The position numbers and the translations under genes were made by a program. From Somniosus microcephalus (lineage: Eukaryota), in NCBI GenBank assembly GCA_052327205.1, contig CM126223.1, forward strand, positions 62,930,001 through 62,994,000: a stretch of 64,000 bases of DNA, written 5' to 3'. This document shows, piece after piece, positions 12,331-24,815 of the stretch. Below the pieces are notes generated by a model that was not told the DNA's origin, did not search any database, and saw only the letters and a program-made list of their open reading frames with translations. Within the stretch, counting starts at the first letter, position 1. Every line of letters begins with the position of its first letter.

Positions 12331-12517
12331 AATAGGGTTTAGAACCGGTAAGGGAACTGGCCATACTGGATTTAGCGATGAGTAACAGACCAGAAATAGT
12401 TCACAATCTGATGGTAAGGGAGCATTTTTCAAATAGTGATCATAATATGATGGAATTTAATATTAGGTTTAAGAGGGAGAAGGGAGAATCAGAGGGCACA
12501 ATCTTAACATTAGGTTT

Positions 12518-12772
12518 CGGCTATTTAGGAATGAAACCAGGAAGCATTTTGCACACCAAGGGTAGTGGAAATCTGGAGCTCGCTCCCCAAAAGGCTGTGG
12601 ATGCTGGGTCAACTGAAATTTTCAAGTGATTGATAGACTTGTGTTGGGTAAGGGCATCAAGTGATATGGAGCAGAGGCACGTAAATGGAATTGAGGTACA
12701 GATCAGAAAAGATCTAACAGAATGGCAGAACAGGCTCGAGGGGCTGAATGGACTGCTCCTGTTCCTATGTTC
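12518..12772 (+). mobile_element. CR1 3' end fragment
   Basis: WSSLPQKAVDA and tail caggctcgaggggctgaatggactgctcctgttcctatgttc. Confidence 0.75.
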
Positions 12773-13014
12773 CCTTCCCAATTACCAACTCATGCTGGGA
12801 CACTGATCCACAGGCAGCCGCAGCCCTTGGGTACCTTTCCAAACTGGCCATCCTTCACATGTGCGGACTGTAGATAATAGATGCCAGCAGGCTGTTTGTT
12901 TGTGAGGGAGTCACTAGACAATGATGAGGAGTGGGCTGGCTGATTATACCTACCCTCCAGCCCAGGGTGAGGCCAATTGCAGAACACCCAATGCTCTGGC
13001 TAAAATCAGGTTTT

Positions 13015-13430
13015 TTTAATTCGTTTTTATGGGATGTGGGCGTTGCTGGCAAGGCCAGCATTTATTGCCCATCCCTAATTGCCCTTGAGAAGGTGGTGGT
13101 GAGCCGCCTTCTTGAACTGCTGCAGTCCATGTGGTGAAGGTGCTCCCACAGTGCTGTTAGGTAGGGAGTTCCAGGATTTTGACCCAGCGACAATGAAGAA
13201 TCGGCGATATATTTCCAAGTCAGGGGAACGTGGAGGTGGTGGTGTTCCCATGCACCTGCTGCCCTTATCCTTCTAGGTGGAAGAGGTCGCGGGTTTGGGA
13301 GGTGCTGCCGAAGAAGCCTTGGCAAGTTGCTGCAGTGCATCTTGTAGATGGTACACACTGCAGCCACAGTACGCGGGAGTGGGAGTGAATGTTTAAGGTG
13401 GTGGATGTGGTGCCGATCAAGCGGATAACA
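13015..13430 (-). mobile_element. Non-LTR retrotransposon 3' fragment (CR1/L2-group, different family)
   Basis: RTVAAVCTIYKMHCSNLPRLL...SWNSLP...FKKAAHHHL-type ORF2 C-terminus; a second fragment lies near 54855-54965. Confidence 0.65.
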
Positions 13431-15381
13431 AGGGATGGACTTCAACTCAGACATCTTTAGTCAGAAGTGGAGATGAGAATGTTGGAAAATAAAATCCTGC
13501 CTTTTCACTTACACCCAGCAGAAAGACATGAAAGGCTTGGTATGGTACTGGTTTTAATCTCTTATTTATAGTATACTGCCACAAAAAAAGTAACTGTGGA
13601 TTCACAAAGGGAACAAAGCCTCTGTGACTCTAGGGTTAGGCAATATGGTAACAGGATAAAACCTTTAATGATTTCTGAATGTAATTGTTGAACAGCAGAA
13701 GTCCTTGCATTTTGCAGCAAGACTGATAATCTGTCAGCTATGTGTACAATTACTTGCCTCAAAGGTTTGACATTTCTGGCTGACACCAAGCATTTTATAT
13801 GTGAGGAAATCATTCTGGATCTCCCTTTTGAAGTGTAGCACAGTGAAAGCTTCTTAATGGGAACTGTTGGGAAAATGTTAATCCAGGGGCTCTTATTAAC
13901 CATTGTGTGGGTTCTGTTCAGGATTGATGCATCGTGTGAATGCTCAAAAGTGGAAGTCCATTAGAAGGGCTTTACCTACCTTAAGGAGCATGAGTTAAAA
14001 CCACTATTTTCACCTGTGTACAATTGACTCAAATTTTAGTGCCTCCAGCATTGAATTTGAACCTTAACCCTGAATTGCATTAAACGTTCATCTCTGTACA
14101 ATCTGTTGTAGCAGCAAACTGTTATGTGTTGCATTTGTATCTGTTGGGGAAAATACTCATTTGGCAAAAGCCTGGAGGCCGAGATCATGGTGCAATTCAA
14201 CAGCTGATGTGGCAGTTTACAGGTGAAGACTTTATTCCTTTCTGATCTTGTGAGTAGAACCTGCACTATTGCTGCACGGCACATTGCAATAAAGCAAACT
14301 GAGGCCGCAAACAGTTTCAAATTTGAAGCAGACCGACATTCATTTTGGTCACCGAGATTGAAAGTTAATGGAGAATTTTGATGAAACTTCAACTCCAGCC
14401 TGAATCTATTCATTTTTCCCCCAACTTAAAGTCTACTTTGTGATTGTCAAGTTGTGAATCGGGTTTCTTGCCTATTGATCCTAATTGTGATTTTGGTTAT
14501 GATGAGATCCCATATCACAAGCCTTGATTCAGCTCAGCATGACATCACCCAGTAGGACCTCTTGGCCAAGACTTTCCTCAAAGGAGGCTGGAGCGCCGTA
14601 GGTGTGGCAGGGTCGAATCTCCGACCGCCTGACAGATGTGACGCTGAGCCTGGAACAATTTTGGGGTCGCTCTAATTGAATTACTTCTTTGGCGGAGTTT
14701 TTGCCATGACCAGGAGCAAGGGGTGGTGGGGGGCGGGGGTGCTATCTCTGCTCCTGCAGGACTCTGGCACCTCCTGCAGCTGATGGGAGCCTGCTGCCTT
14801 TGGGGTATCGGGCAGTGAGGGAGGGGGCGGGCGGGCAGTGAGGGAGGGGGCAGGAGGGGGGTGGCAGTGAAATATTAACACAGTGGCTGGAAACTGTGCA
14901 TCGATTGCCCAGTCTAAAGTCCTGATTTGCTTCAGAAAACCACTTGCGAGGCAAATCCTGCGTTTTGATAAGATGATGGGTTGGGTTGGTCCCTACTTGA
15001 ATACGGCCGCATCTGAGGTAATGTATTCACAAAGTAATAAAATACTTCTCTCCCTTTTTGTTTTAGTAAGTCAAGGACCTGCGCCAGCACTCTGAATCAT
15101 TACAAGGAAAATGTTAAGATCAGTCAGAAACTCCCTGCCTGGGTGCACTATGCAAAACAACGTGATTTAGAACAAATTACTGTCCCCCAAGATTACGTGC
15201 TGATCAGAATGCATGTGGGATACATCTAAGGGAAGTTTGAGACGTTGCTGCATTTGGTGGAGCTGCCAGCCTTGACGTTTTTAAAATGAATATCACAAAG
15301 ACTAAACCAGAAACACCTTGTAATTACTTTACCAATTGCACAAAACATCAAATATTCCTGTTTTCAGTGCTTTTAAAACTA

Positions 15382-15781
15382 AATGAGAGGGGATCTCATT
15401 GAAACTTATAAAATTCTAACGGGACTAGACAGACTAGATGCAGGAAGGATGTTCCCGATGGCGGGGGAGTCCAGAACCAGGGGTCACAGTCTAAGGATAA
15501 GGGGTAAGCCATTTAGGACTGAGATGAAGAGGAATTTCTTCACCCAGAGAGTGGTGAACCTGTGGAATTCTCTACCACAGAAGGCAGTTGAGGCCAATTC
15601 ATTAAATATATTCAAGAAGGAGTTAGATATATTTCTTAAGGCTAAAGGGATCGAGGGATATGGGGAGAAGGCAGGGACAGGGTACTGAATTTGGATGATC
15701 AGCCATGATCTCATTGAATGGCGGAGCAGGCTCGAGGGGCCGAATGGCCTACTCCTGCTCCTATCTTCTATGTTTCTATGT
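15382..15781 (+). mobile_element. CR1 3' fragment (young)
   Basis: ORF 15383-15688 (RGDLIETYKIL...WNSLPQKAVEA) plus tail ending ttctatgtttctatgt. Confidence 0.9.
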
Positions 15782-15841
15782 AAACTCACATGATTAAGAA
15801 GTGGAATTAGAGTAGAGTATCCCTGATTTTCATCACTCCAC

Positions 15842-16052
15842 AATTGGTCGCTGTGTCATCAGCTGTCTAGGCCCAAAGTTCAGAAATTCTCTCCCTAAAC
15901 CTTTCTGTCTCTTCACCTCCCCTCCTTTAAGACACTCCTTAATACCTAGCTCTTGGAAAAGCTTTTGGGCACCTGTCTTAATGTCTCCTTATGCGGCTCG
16001 GTGTCAAATTTTGTTTGATAATCGCTCCTGTAAAGTGCTTTGGGATGTTTAA
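15842..16052 (+). mobile_element. L2 3' fragment
   Basis: Matches the 3' UTR of the L2 copies at 34710-35170 and 44314-44705 (ggctcggtgtcaaattttg). Confidence 0.7.
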
Positions 16053-16500
16053 CCAGCCATGGCTTAGTGGGCAGCACTCTCACCTCTGAGTCAGAAGGTT
16101 GTGGGTTCATAGTCCCATTCCAGAGACTTGAACACAAAAATCTAGGCTGACGCTCCAGGGGAGTGCGGCATTGTCGGAGGTGCCGTCTTTCGGATGAGAC
16201 GTTAAACCGAGGCCCCGTCTGCTCTCTCAGGTGGACATAAAAGATCCCACGGCACTTTTGAAGAAGAGCAGGGGAGTTATCCCCGGTGTCCTGGCCAATA
16301 TTTATCCCTCAATCAACATAACAAAAACAGTTTATCTGGTCATTATCACAGTGCTGTTTGTGGGAGCTTGCTGTGCGCAAATTGGCTGCCACGTTTCAAC
16401 AGTGACTCCACCTCAAAAGTACTTCATTGGCTGTAAAGCACCGTGGGACGTCCTGAGGTCGTGAAAGGTGCTATATAAATGCAAATGAAAGTCTTTCTTA
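16053..16500 (+). mobile_element. SacSINE1-like DeuSINE
   Basis: tRNA head, Deu-domain ggtgccgtctttcggatgagacgttaaaccgaggccccgtctg, and L2-like tail. Confidence 0.88.
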
Positions 16501-18414
16501 TATAAATGCAAGTTGTTGTAGAGTAGCTGTGATGTGGAATTAGTACCGGCATGTTGGGTCGAAAGACCGACAGCAGTGCTGACGTATTTATGATTCATAT
16601 TTTGGACTAACATGGACACCATCAACCAATTTGAGAACCACATACATCTGCAGATTTATGTCCTGACCGCCTGAACTTTGCTGCCTAGAAACCAGATGGT
16701 TTTGGTTCTGTTTTCAGTTCTGTTCTTGCATCAGAAGCAAACTTCATTTCTGGGACACTGCGGAGTAAGGGGGATATAGTCGGACAATGCCACTGTTGGA
16801 GAGCTGCAACGCTGAGCTCAACCAGGACTGATTTGGTTGTCCTCCCTTCCCCCCATCCACCGCCCCCCCCCCCCCCCCCCACCTAATTTTAGCATCCCCG
16901 CCATCAATTTATCTGGGATCGGCTAACTGGGCTCAGAAATTGAAGCTGGGCCTTAACTAACTCAGAGTTCAAGGCACTTTTCGAAGTGATTAACTTTAGG
17001 TTAGTGTGGTTGTTTAGAAAAAAAAACTTATTTTGCGTATCATTTCCTGGAGCCTGCTGATAAAGGGGAAATGAGTTTTGGGAGTTTGAACACTCAGTGC
17101 GTTCTTTTGCACCTCCATAAGGAACTGAAATACTTCGGTGAAAATTGTTCATAATGGACGGTTTGAGGTGAAATGTACAGGGCCTGGCGAAACTCAACTG
17201 CTGTTGTCGCTATCTCCGTTCTGGAGTTATAAACATTTTGAAATGCGTTTCGGTGTAAACTATTCCATGCAAGCAGCCAACAGTATCATTATTGGCCACT
17301 CAAAGTATATTTATGATACTAGAATGTAGATAAATCTCTTTAAAAGTATCTTATTGTTGTACACAAATAACTGTCCATTAAAGGTGGTTTACACAATCCA
17401 CATGCAATGTCACCACTGTTTACCTGGAATGTTAATGATATGGAGAAGTTATGGCTATAAAATTTGATAATGGTTTGCACATAGAGGGCAGGACCACCGC
17501 ATGTGGTACATATTTCAACATAGGACAAGTTACCCTCTGCATGTGGTAGATGTGGTTGACAGTAGAATCATAGAATGGTTACAGCACGGAGGAAGGCCAT
17601 TCGGCCCGTCGAGCCCGTGCCAACTCTCAGCTAGTCCCACTCACCCGCCCTTTCCCCGTAGCCCTGCAAATGTTTTTCTTTCATATACTTATCCAACTCT
17701 CTTTTGAAAGATAAGATTGAGTCTGCCTCCTCCACCCTTTCAGGCAGCGCATTCCAGATCTTAACCACTCGCTGCATAAAAAAAAGTTTTTCCTCATGTC
17801 GCCTTTGGTTCTTTTGCCCATCACCTTGAGTCTGTGTCCTCTGGTTCTCGACCCTTCCGCCAATGGGAACAGTTTCTAGCTACCCTGTCCAGACCGCTCA
17901 TGATTTTGAACACCTCTATCAAATCTCCTCTCAATCTTCTCTGCTCTAAGGAGAACAACCTCAACTTCTCCAGTCTATCAAAGTAACTGAAGTCCCTCAT
18001 TCCTGGAATCATTCTCGCAAATCTTTTCTGCACCCTCTCTAAGGCCTTCACATCCTTCCTAAAGTATGGTGCTCAGAATTGGACACAGTACTCCAGTTGG
18101 GGCCGAACCAGTGTTTTATACAGGTTCATCATAATTTCCATGCTTTTGTACTCTATACCTCTATTTATGAAGCCCAGGATTCCGAAAGCTTTTTTAACCG
18201 CTTTCTCAAACTGCCCTGCCACCTTCAGCGATTTGTGCACATATACCCCCAGGTCTCTCTGTTCATGCACCCACTTTAGGATTGTACCATTTAGTTTATA
18301 TGTCCTCTCCTCATTCTTTCTCCCAAAATGTATCACTTCTCACTTTTCCGCATTAAATTTCATCTGCCACATGTCCGCCCATTTCAGCAGCCTGTTTGTC
18401 TTCCTGAAGTATAT

Positions 18415-19258
18415 GGGCAGGATTTTCATTGGGCCGTGGAGGCGGGATTGGAGGCATGTAGGGGGTTAAAATCCCGAAATCGGGGGGCACGAACCCATCC
18501 CGCACCCAACCCACCTCCATGCCAGTTTCAAAGGAGGCTGGTACCTGACCCGCACTGGGACCCGCCTCCCCGAGGTGGGAAGGGGATTAGTGCCAATTAA
18601 CTGCCTGTTACAGGTAGTTAACAGGCAATTTTTAGCCTAATCCCTATTTTTAATATTGAAGTGTGGGATTCCCGATGGCTCCAAACCATGCTAAGTTAGA
18701 GGAGGCGGGCCGTCGGGATGAAGGGCTTGGAGGGGTCGAGATGTCCGGTGTTCAGGTGAGTGATGGGTGCATGAGTGCAGAGGTAAGTGTGTTTGGTGTG
18801 TGTAAAGTGTTTAAATAAGTTTTACATACCTTTACTTACCTTTACAGCCTTCCTTCCTTCAGGTCTCAGGAGTCCCTCATCTCACTGGCACAGAAAGCAG
18901 AATGGCTGCGAGCTGTCAAAAATTGCAGCATTCAGCTTTCTGCTCCGGGGAGATCTCTAAATCATCCTGACAGGAAGGAATTAACTTGGAGTACAGATTG
19001 TCAGTGTTTGACAGCTTCAAACAGCTGTGAAACGCTGATATTTCATCTGTCAAATGTTCTTGAAAGATGAAATTTCAATCTGTGACGTCACTTGTTGCCA
19101 GGTGGCCGTTAATTGGCCTGCTGAGCCCGCTGGGCGGGCTCAACAAGGTCAATCAAGTCATTATCGCGTGGGTTGGCCACAACTCGATGGAGGCGGGACT
19201 ACAACCCCGAAAGTTGTAGTCCCGCCTCCTACCCGACTCCTCAATGAAAATCCAGCCC
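18415..19258. mobile_element. Harbinger-like MITE (same family as 45032-45815, opposite orientation)
   Basis: TIRs gggcaggattttcattg / caatgaaaatccagccc; near-identical in reverse complement to 45032-45815; interrupts a CR1. No clean TSD. Confidence 0.8.
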
Positions 19259-20969
19259 ATCACTCTCCTCCTCACTGTTCACTATACTTCCAAATTTTGT
19301 GTTATCTGCAAATTTTTAAATTATGCCCTGTACACCCACATCCAAATCATTAATTAATATATATCAAGAAAAGCAGTGGTCCTAGAACTGACCCCTGGGG
19401 AACACCATTGTATACCTTCCTCCAGTCCAAAAAACAACCGTTCACCACTACTCTCTGTTCCCTGTCACTTAGCGAATTCCGTATCCATGCTGCTACTGTC
19501 CCTTTTATTCCATGGACTTCAACTTTGCTGGCAAGCCTATTATGTGGCACTTTATCAAACACCTTTTGGAAATCCATGTACACTACGTCAACCGCATTAC
19601 CCTCATCAACCCTCTCTGTTACCTCATCAAAAAACTCAATCAAATTGGTAAAACACGATTTGCCTTCAACAAATCCGTGCTGGCTTTCCTTAATTAATCC
19701 ACACTTGTCCAAGTGACTGTTAATTTAGTCCCTGATTATTGTTTCTAAAAGCTTTCCCACTACTGAGATTAAACTGACTGGCCTGTAGTTGCTGGGTTTA
19801 TCTTTACACCCTTTTTTGAACAATGGTGTAACATTTGCAATTCTCCAGTCCTCTGGCACCACCCCCGTATCTATGGAGGATTGGAATATTATGGCCAGTA
19901 CCTCCGCGATTTCTTCCTTCACTTCCCTCAGTGTCCTAGGAGGGATTACATCCGCTCCTGGTGACTTATCTACTTTAAGTACAGCCAGCCTTTCTAGTAC
20001 CTCATCTTTATTAATTTTATCAATTTTTATACTATCAAGTGTCTCCACTACCTCCTCCTTCACTATGTCTATGGCAGCACCTCTTCCTTGGTGAAGACAG
20101 ATGCAAAGTATTCATTTAGTACCTCAGCCATACCCTCTCCTCTGCCTCCATGCACAGGTCTCCTTTTTGGTCCCTAATCGGCCCCACCCTTCCTCTTACT
20201 ACCCGTTTACTATTTATATGCCTATAGAAGACTTTTGGATTACCTTTTTATGTTGGCTGCCATTCTATTCTCATACCCTCTCTTTGCCCCTCTTATTTTC
20301 TTTTTCACTTCTCCTCTGATATTTCTGTATATAGCCCGATTCTCAGCTGCATTTGCAACCTGACATCTGTCATACGTGCTCTTTTTCTGCTTTGTAAAGT
20401 CTGTGGGTTGTGCAGTTAATAACGACACAGACTTCAGGAGTAACAAACAAACAGGACTTTACTATTCGAAGGTCAGGGCGAATCTGCCCTATAAATCATG
20501 CCACAGCACTTATATACCGGTGTGGTCACCGTCGGTATTACCGTATACAGAAGCCAAACAAGTAGTGCCACACCTAAAATAGTTCTCTTAAAGGTGAACG
20601 GTTACATACAATAGTCTCTTAAAGGTAGACGGTTACATACACTACAATCCTCCCTTTTTAGCTTACAACATACGTATTCCCCATTAAACATAACATATAT
20701 TCAACTTCATGTAAAACAATTTACAGATATAGTCTCTGCGGAAAACAGTTCACAGGTTCAGTCTCTGGTCTTGACTCGGTCCGAACAACATCTCTGTGGT
20801 GTAGCCGGTTCACATTGCTAGCGTGACTCATCCAATAGTCTTTCCCTTGACGTAACAGCTTGAACTTCCGTCCTGCTGAACCAGCAGTGCTGACTTTTAC
20901 AAACAGCTGGACTGCCTTCGTAATTTTTCCCTACTTTCCCATTAGAAGTAATAATGATTTAGATGGTTA

Positions 20970-22913
20970 TCATCTTCGGCTTCGTCTTTTCCTTTTTTGC
21001 TTCTTGGAGACTCTCGGGGCTCCCTTATCAGCTGCCAGCTGTAGCGCCACCATCTCCCTATGTTCTTTAGACTTTAAGTGCTTCATCCTGATTTCTGCAC
21101 TTTGGGAGTTTTCATCACAAGCTGGGCAGACCAAGTCCTCGTAATATTCCGTGTCACTCAACAGGTCATGGTAATATTCGGTGTCATCCTGAGCTAGTCC
21201 AGCGAGAGGGCCTGCTACTTCTTCCTTACCCAACTGGACGTTAGCCGACTGTTGTTCCCTCCCTAGACATCTTTCCTGAAGAGACTTCTTTATGCGTTCA
21301 TATTCATCCCACTCTTCCTGGGTTTCCTGCAAATCCTTCACTAATGACTTCAATACTTCCCCTTCCATCGGAGATTGATTGATCGGGCTATTCAATCCTT
21401 CTACTGGAGCATCTGTTTCAACAGTCTGTTGTTCCCATTGACGTGATTCAGCGTACTTTTGGCATCCCAGTAAAATCCGTGTTGCACCCTCAGCTATATC
21501 CGTAACTTTTGAGAGCTCCGAACTCCTTCCCTCTGAAGATTGAAGCTCGTGTTCAGATTGTTCCCATTGCAGAGTCTTGTCCCTCAACATATGAAGGAGT
21601 TGGCTGACCGTTAACTCTTCCGCGGGAACACTGTGAATCAGAGTCTTCTCCATTTCATCCACCTTTTCCTCCAATGCTTTCACCTTCTTTTCCTCTTGGA
21701 CTTTGGCTTTCAGCGCTCGGAGAAGTTGTGCCATGATGCTATCTAGCTCTTGTGCCATGATGCTCTCTAGCTCATGTCTTACAGTCTCTGTGTTTCTTAC
21801 AGTTTCCTTTTCTTCCGCTGAAAGGATTCCCAGTTGAATCTGTTCTTCAAGTTGTTGAACCTCGGTCATTGCCGCCTCATATTTGTCTTGGGTTTCCTTC
21901 AATAATTTTCTGAGTTCTTGGACATCTTGCCTTTCATGTTCTGCCATGTCTTTCACCTCTAATTTCTCCTCTATGGATGGAACTTCTACCGATGAGTCTG
22001 TCTTGGCCTTGAGCTCATCAAGAATTTCCTGCAGCCTTTGGACTTCTTGCTCATGTTCAACCTTTAGTTGCTCATATGCTTCTACTGAAACTAGCTTTTC
22101 GGAGGTTGCCGAGTTAACCCCCTCCAGAATTGTAGCCTGGGCCTGTTCATACTGTTCTTTCAACTTCTCACACTCTGCTTGTAAGGAGTCGTAGAGAAGA
22201 ACTGGAATAAAATCCTGGCTTCCTGAAGATTCCTCTTCATTTGCTTCTTTCGCAATTTTCTGTTGGAGTTCAGCCAAGGCTGCTATGCTATCTGCCTCTT
22301 GAAGTCTCACTGCCATCAAATCTTCTTTATTCTTGCAGTCTATCTCAGCCATTTTCCCTTTACTTTCATTTAACTGAGTGAGTAGTCCCTTATTCTGGGC
22401 TGAGAGATATTGCACCTTCTCCTGTAGAACATCGCACTCCTTCTCTGCTTGACATAGCTGGTTACTGCTGATTTGGTTCTGTGTTTCAAGTTCCAACATC
22501 CTTTGCTTAGCTTCTTTCAGTTTCGCCCCTATAAGCTCCTCTTGCAACATGGCCACATTATTCTCATCAGGTAAAGAAGCGTTTCTCTTTTCTATGTCCA
22601 AGATTTTTTTCTGCATCTCTTTAAGTGCACACTGCGATTCAGCTTCTCTTAACCTTGCCTGCACTAGCTCCGTCTCCAATTGCAGAACAAAATCCTCAGT
22701 GTAGCGTGGTTTGCCTTTATGCTGTATCTCTAGATCATGCAAATATTCTAACTCCTGAACATCATAAGGGAGATGTGATCGGTAATTGGTCACGATGGCT
22801 CTATGGTCGCTCTCTGCTTGAGCTAGCTGCTTCTGTTGTCTTTCCAGATTCTCCCATTTGGTGTCATAGAACTTTTTCATTGTTTTCATCTCTTGTACGA
22901 GACGGTAACTCAA
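20970..22913 (-). CDS. Element A cargo ORF: chimeric coiled-coil (STK10-, ANKRD24/RAI14-, EVI5-like) plus DNAJC21-like C2H2 finger
   Basis: 647-aa ORF in the same frame as the upstream protease, separated by a single TGA. Segments were recognised from recalled vertebrate protein sequences. Confidence 0.8.
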   Translation of the reverse strand: MSYRLVQEMKTMKKFYDTKWENLERQQKQLAQAESDHRAIVTNYRSHLPYDVQELEYLHDLEIQHKGKPRYTEDFVLQLETELVQARLREAESQCALKEMQKKILDIEKRNASLPDENNVAMLQEELIGAKLKEAKQRMLELETQNQISSNQLCQAEKECDVLQEKVQYLSAQNKGLLTQLNESKGKMAEIDCKNKEDLMAVRLQEADSIAALAELQQKIAKEANEEESSGSQDFIPVLLYDSLQAECEKLKEQYEQAQATILEGVNSATSEKLVSVEAYEQLKVEHEQEVQRLQEILDELKAKTDSSVEVPSIEEKLEVKDMAEHERQDVQELRKLLKETQDKYEAAMTEVQQLEEQIQLGILSAEEKETVRNTETVRHELESIMAQELDSIMAQLLRALKAKVQEEKKVKALEEKVDEMEKTLIHSVPAEELTVSQLLHMLRDKTLQWEQSEHELQSSEGRSSELSKVTDIAEGATRILLGCQKYAESRQWEQQTVETDAPVEGLNSPINQSPMEGEVLKSLVKDLQETQEEWDEYERIKKSLQERCLGREQQSANVQLGKEEVAGPLAGLAQDDTEYYHDLLSDTEYYEDLVCPACDENSQSAEIRMKHLKSKEHREMVALQLAADKGAPRVSKKQKRKRRSRR

Positions 22914-22928
22914 TTGTTCTAATTGTTG

Positions 22929-24304
22929 TCATTGTTCGGTGGAGTTCTGTTCTGAAACTTTGTTCTTCTCTGGAGCATAAGCCTTTATGCATGCCTTCGT
23001 TTTTCCAACCTTCGTCGGCAAGTCCATTTCAGCCTTGTCTTTCATATTTGGGTTGGTCTTATCGTCATCCGTTTCAGAATCTGAGCTGCTTGTCTGCACC
23101 GAGTCCTCACTCGTTATGGCTTTTAGATAGTGCCATTCCATGTCTATTTTCTTGATCCACTCCCGTCCTAGAAGTGGTGGTCCTCCCTCATGTAGTACGT
23201 ATAAGTTCATTCTTGGGTGTTCTTTACCCCTATCTCTCACTTTGACTCTTATCTTTCCCATGGGGTATACTTTATGCCCCTTGTATGTCTGCAATACGAA
23301 CTTGGTATCTCTTAAGGGTATATGTGAGAATAGCCGGTGGTAATCCCTTCGATTTATGACTGATAGAGCTGATTAAGTGTCCAACTCCATTTTCACTTGG
23401 ATTCCAGCTATTTTCAGCATGACCCAGATAGTTTGTAGGTCAGCTTCCTTACTCACATTGTGAATTCTCAGACTACCCAGCTCCTGGCCGTTTGGGTCTG
23501 AGTCTGAATTCTGTTCGTCTGAACTCTTCTCAGCCACCTTGTGTACCTTGTTGTACCTTTCCTGTGATGGCTTCCTTTGGTTGTTGGTCCTTTGGTTGTT
23601 GGTCCTTTGGTTGTTGGTCTTCTTCCCTGACCGGCATACCTTAGCTATGTGACCCAGTTTGCCACATTTCCTACATTCCTGGTTCTTAAACCAGCATTGG
23701 TTCTGGTCGTGTGTTGTCTTCCCACAACGATAGCATTTTGTTGTTGTCGAGGTAATTTGATCCACACTTAGTGCTGCTGTCTTTAGCTGCATTTCCGCAG
23801 TTCCCTTCACTGCGGCTTCGTGCGATGCTGCAATAAGGACAGCCCTGTCAAGTGTAAGGTCGTTCTTTTCGAGTAGTCGCTTTTGCGTTCCTTCCTTTGC
23901 CAACCCGCACACGAACTTGTCTCGCAATGCCTCTGTCAGATTCCCTCCAAACTGGCAGTATTTCGCTAGTCTACGCAGTTCGACCAAGTATTCTGCGTTG
24001 CTTTCGTCTTTCCATTGCGTTCTCGCATAGAATTTGAATCGTTCAGCCAACATCAACGGTGTAGGGTTCAAGTGGTCCTCAGGACAGCCACAATATCATC
24101 GAAAGTCTGATCCGCCGGTTTAGCTGGTGCTAGTAGATGCTTCAAGAGCCCGTATGTCTTTGCGCCCATCGAGTTCAGCAAGGTTATAGCTTTGTCATCT
24201 TCTTCTATTTTATTGGCCTCACAATAGATCTCAATGCGTTCCACGTACGTGGCCCAGTCTTCTACCTCGGAATTAAAATCATTGATGTTACCACGCTTAG
24301 GCAT
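22929..24304 (-). pseudogene. Element A gag-protease (one frameshift at ~24070; in-frame stops at 23373 and 22929)
   Basis: EDWATYVERIE, ERFKFYAR, LRDKFVCGL, CCHC knuckles CYRCGKTTH...C and CRKCGKLGHIAKVC; protease MELDT*S and LLGREWI. Confidence 0.9.
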
Positions 24305-24519
24305 CTTCCTCTCTTTGGGAACAACACAAGTATTTCTTTAAATTATTATTTCTTTTTTTTTCTAAGATGGCGGCTTTTCCCGCGAAAATGGCGGTTTCCC
24401 GCTCTTTCCTTCTCTCCCCGCCCCTTCAATGGCGGTTTCCCGCGTCTGTCATCTTCTCCGCCTAATGGCGGCTTCCCGCGTTTCTTCCCTGGTGGGAGGG
24501 GTACGCTTTCCCCACAGCG

Positions 24520-24815
24520 GACAGGTTCAGCCGCTGGGCTGGCTCTCGCACAGTTCCCCTTACTCGGCTCTGTCTCTCTCTCCCGCTCGCACGGCTCTAC
24601 CGGCTCTGGGTACACCCCGTTGACGGAGAACAGTTCAGCCGCTGGACTGGCTCTCGCGCAGTCTCTCTCCCCTTGCTCGGCTCTGTCTCTCTCTCTCCCG
24701 CCCACTCGGCTCTACCGGCGCTGGGTACTCCCGTTGGCGGAGAACAGTTCAGCCGCTGGACTGGCTCTCGCGCAGTCTCCCTTGGTCGGCTCTGTTTCTC
24801 CCGCACGCTCGGTTC
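24520..24815. repeat. Tandem ~110-bp GC-rich units in the leader of element A
   Basis: Three copies of gttcagccgctggRctggctctcgcRcagt...cggctctgtYtctc. Confidence 0.8.

Noticed and set aside
20970-22913. Cargo ORF as a genuine host EVI5/ANKRD24 gene or exon
   Set aside because: It is intronless, mosaic, bounded by LTRs with a TSD, and fused to gag-protease; no gene symbol is assigned.
20970-22913. Cargo as an env gene
   Set aside because: No signal peptide, furin site or transmembrane segment is visible; it is hydrophilic coiled coil in frame with gag-PR.
24520-24815. CRISPR-like array
   Set aside because: The intervening sequences are also repeated, the context is eukaryotic, and there are no cas genes.
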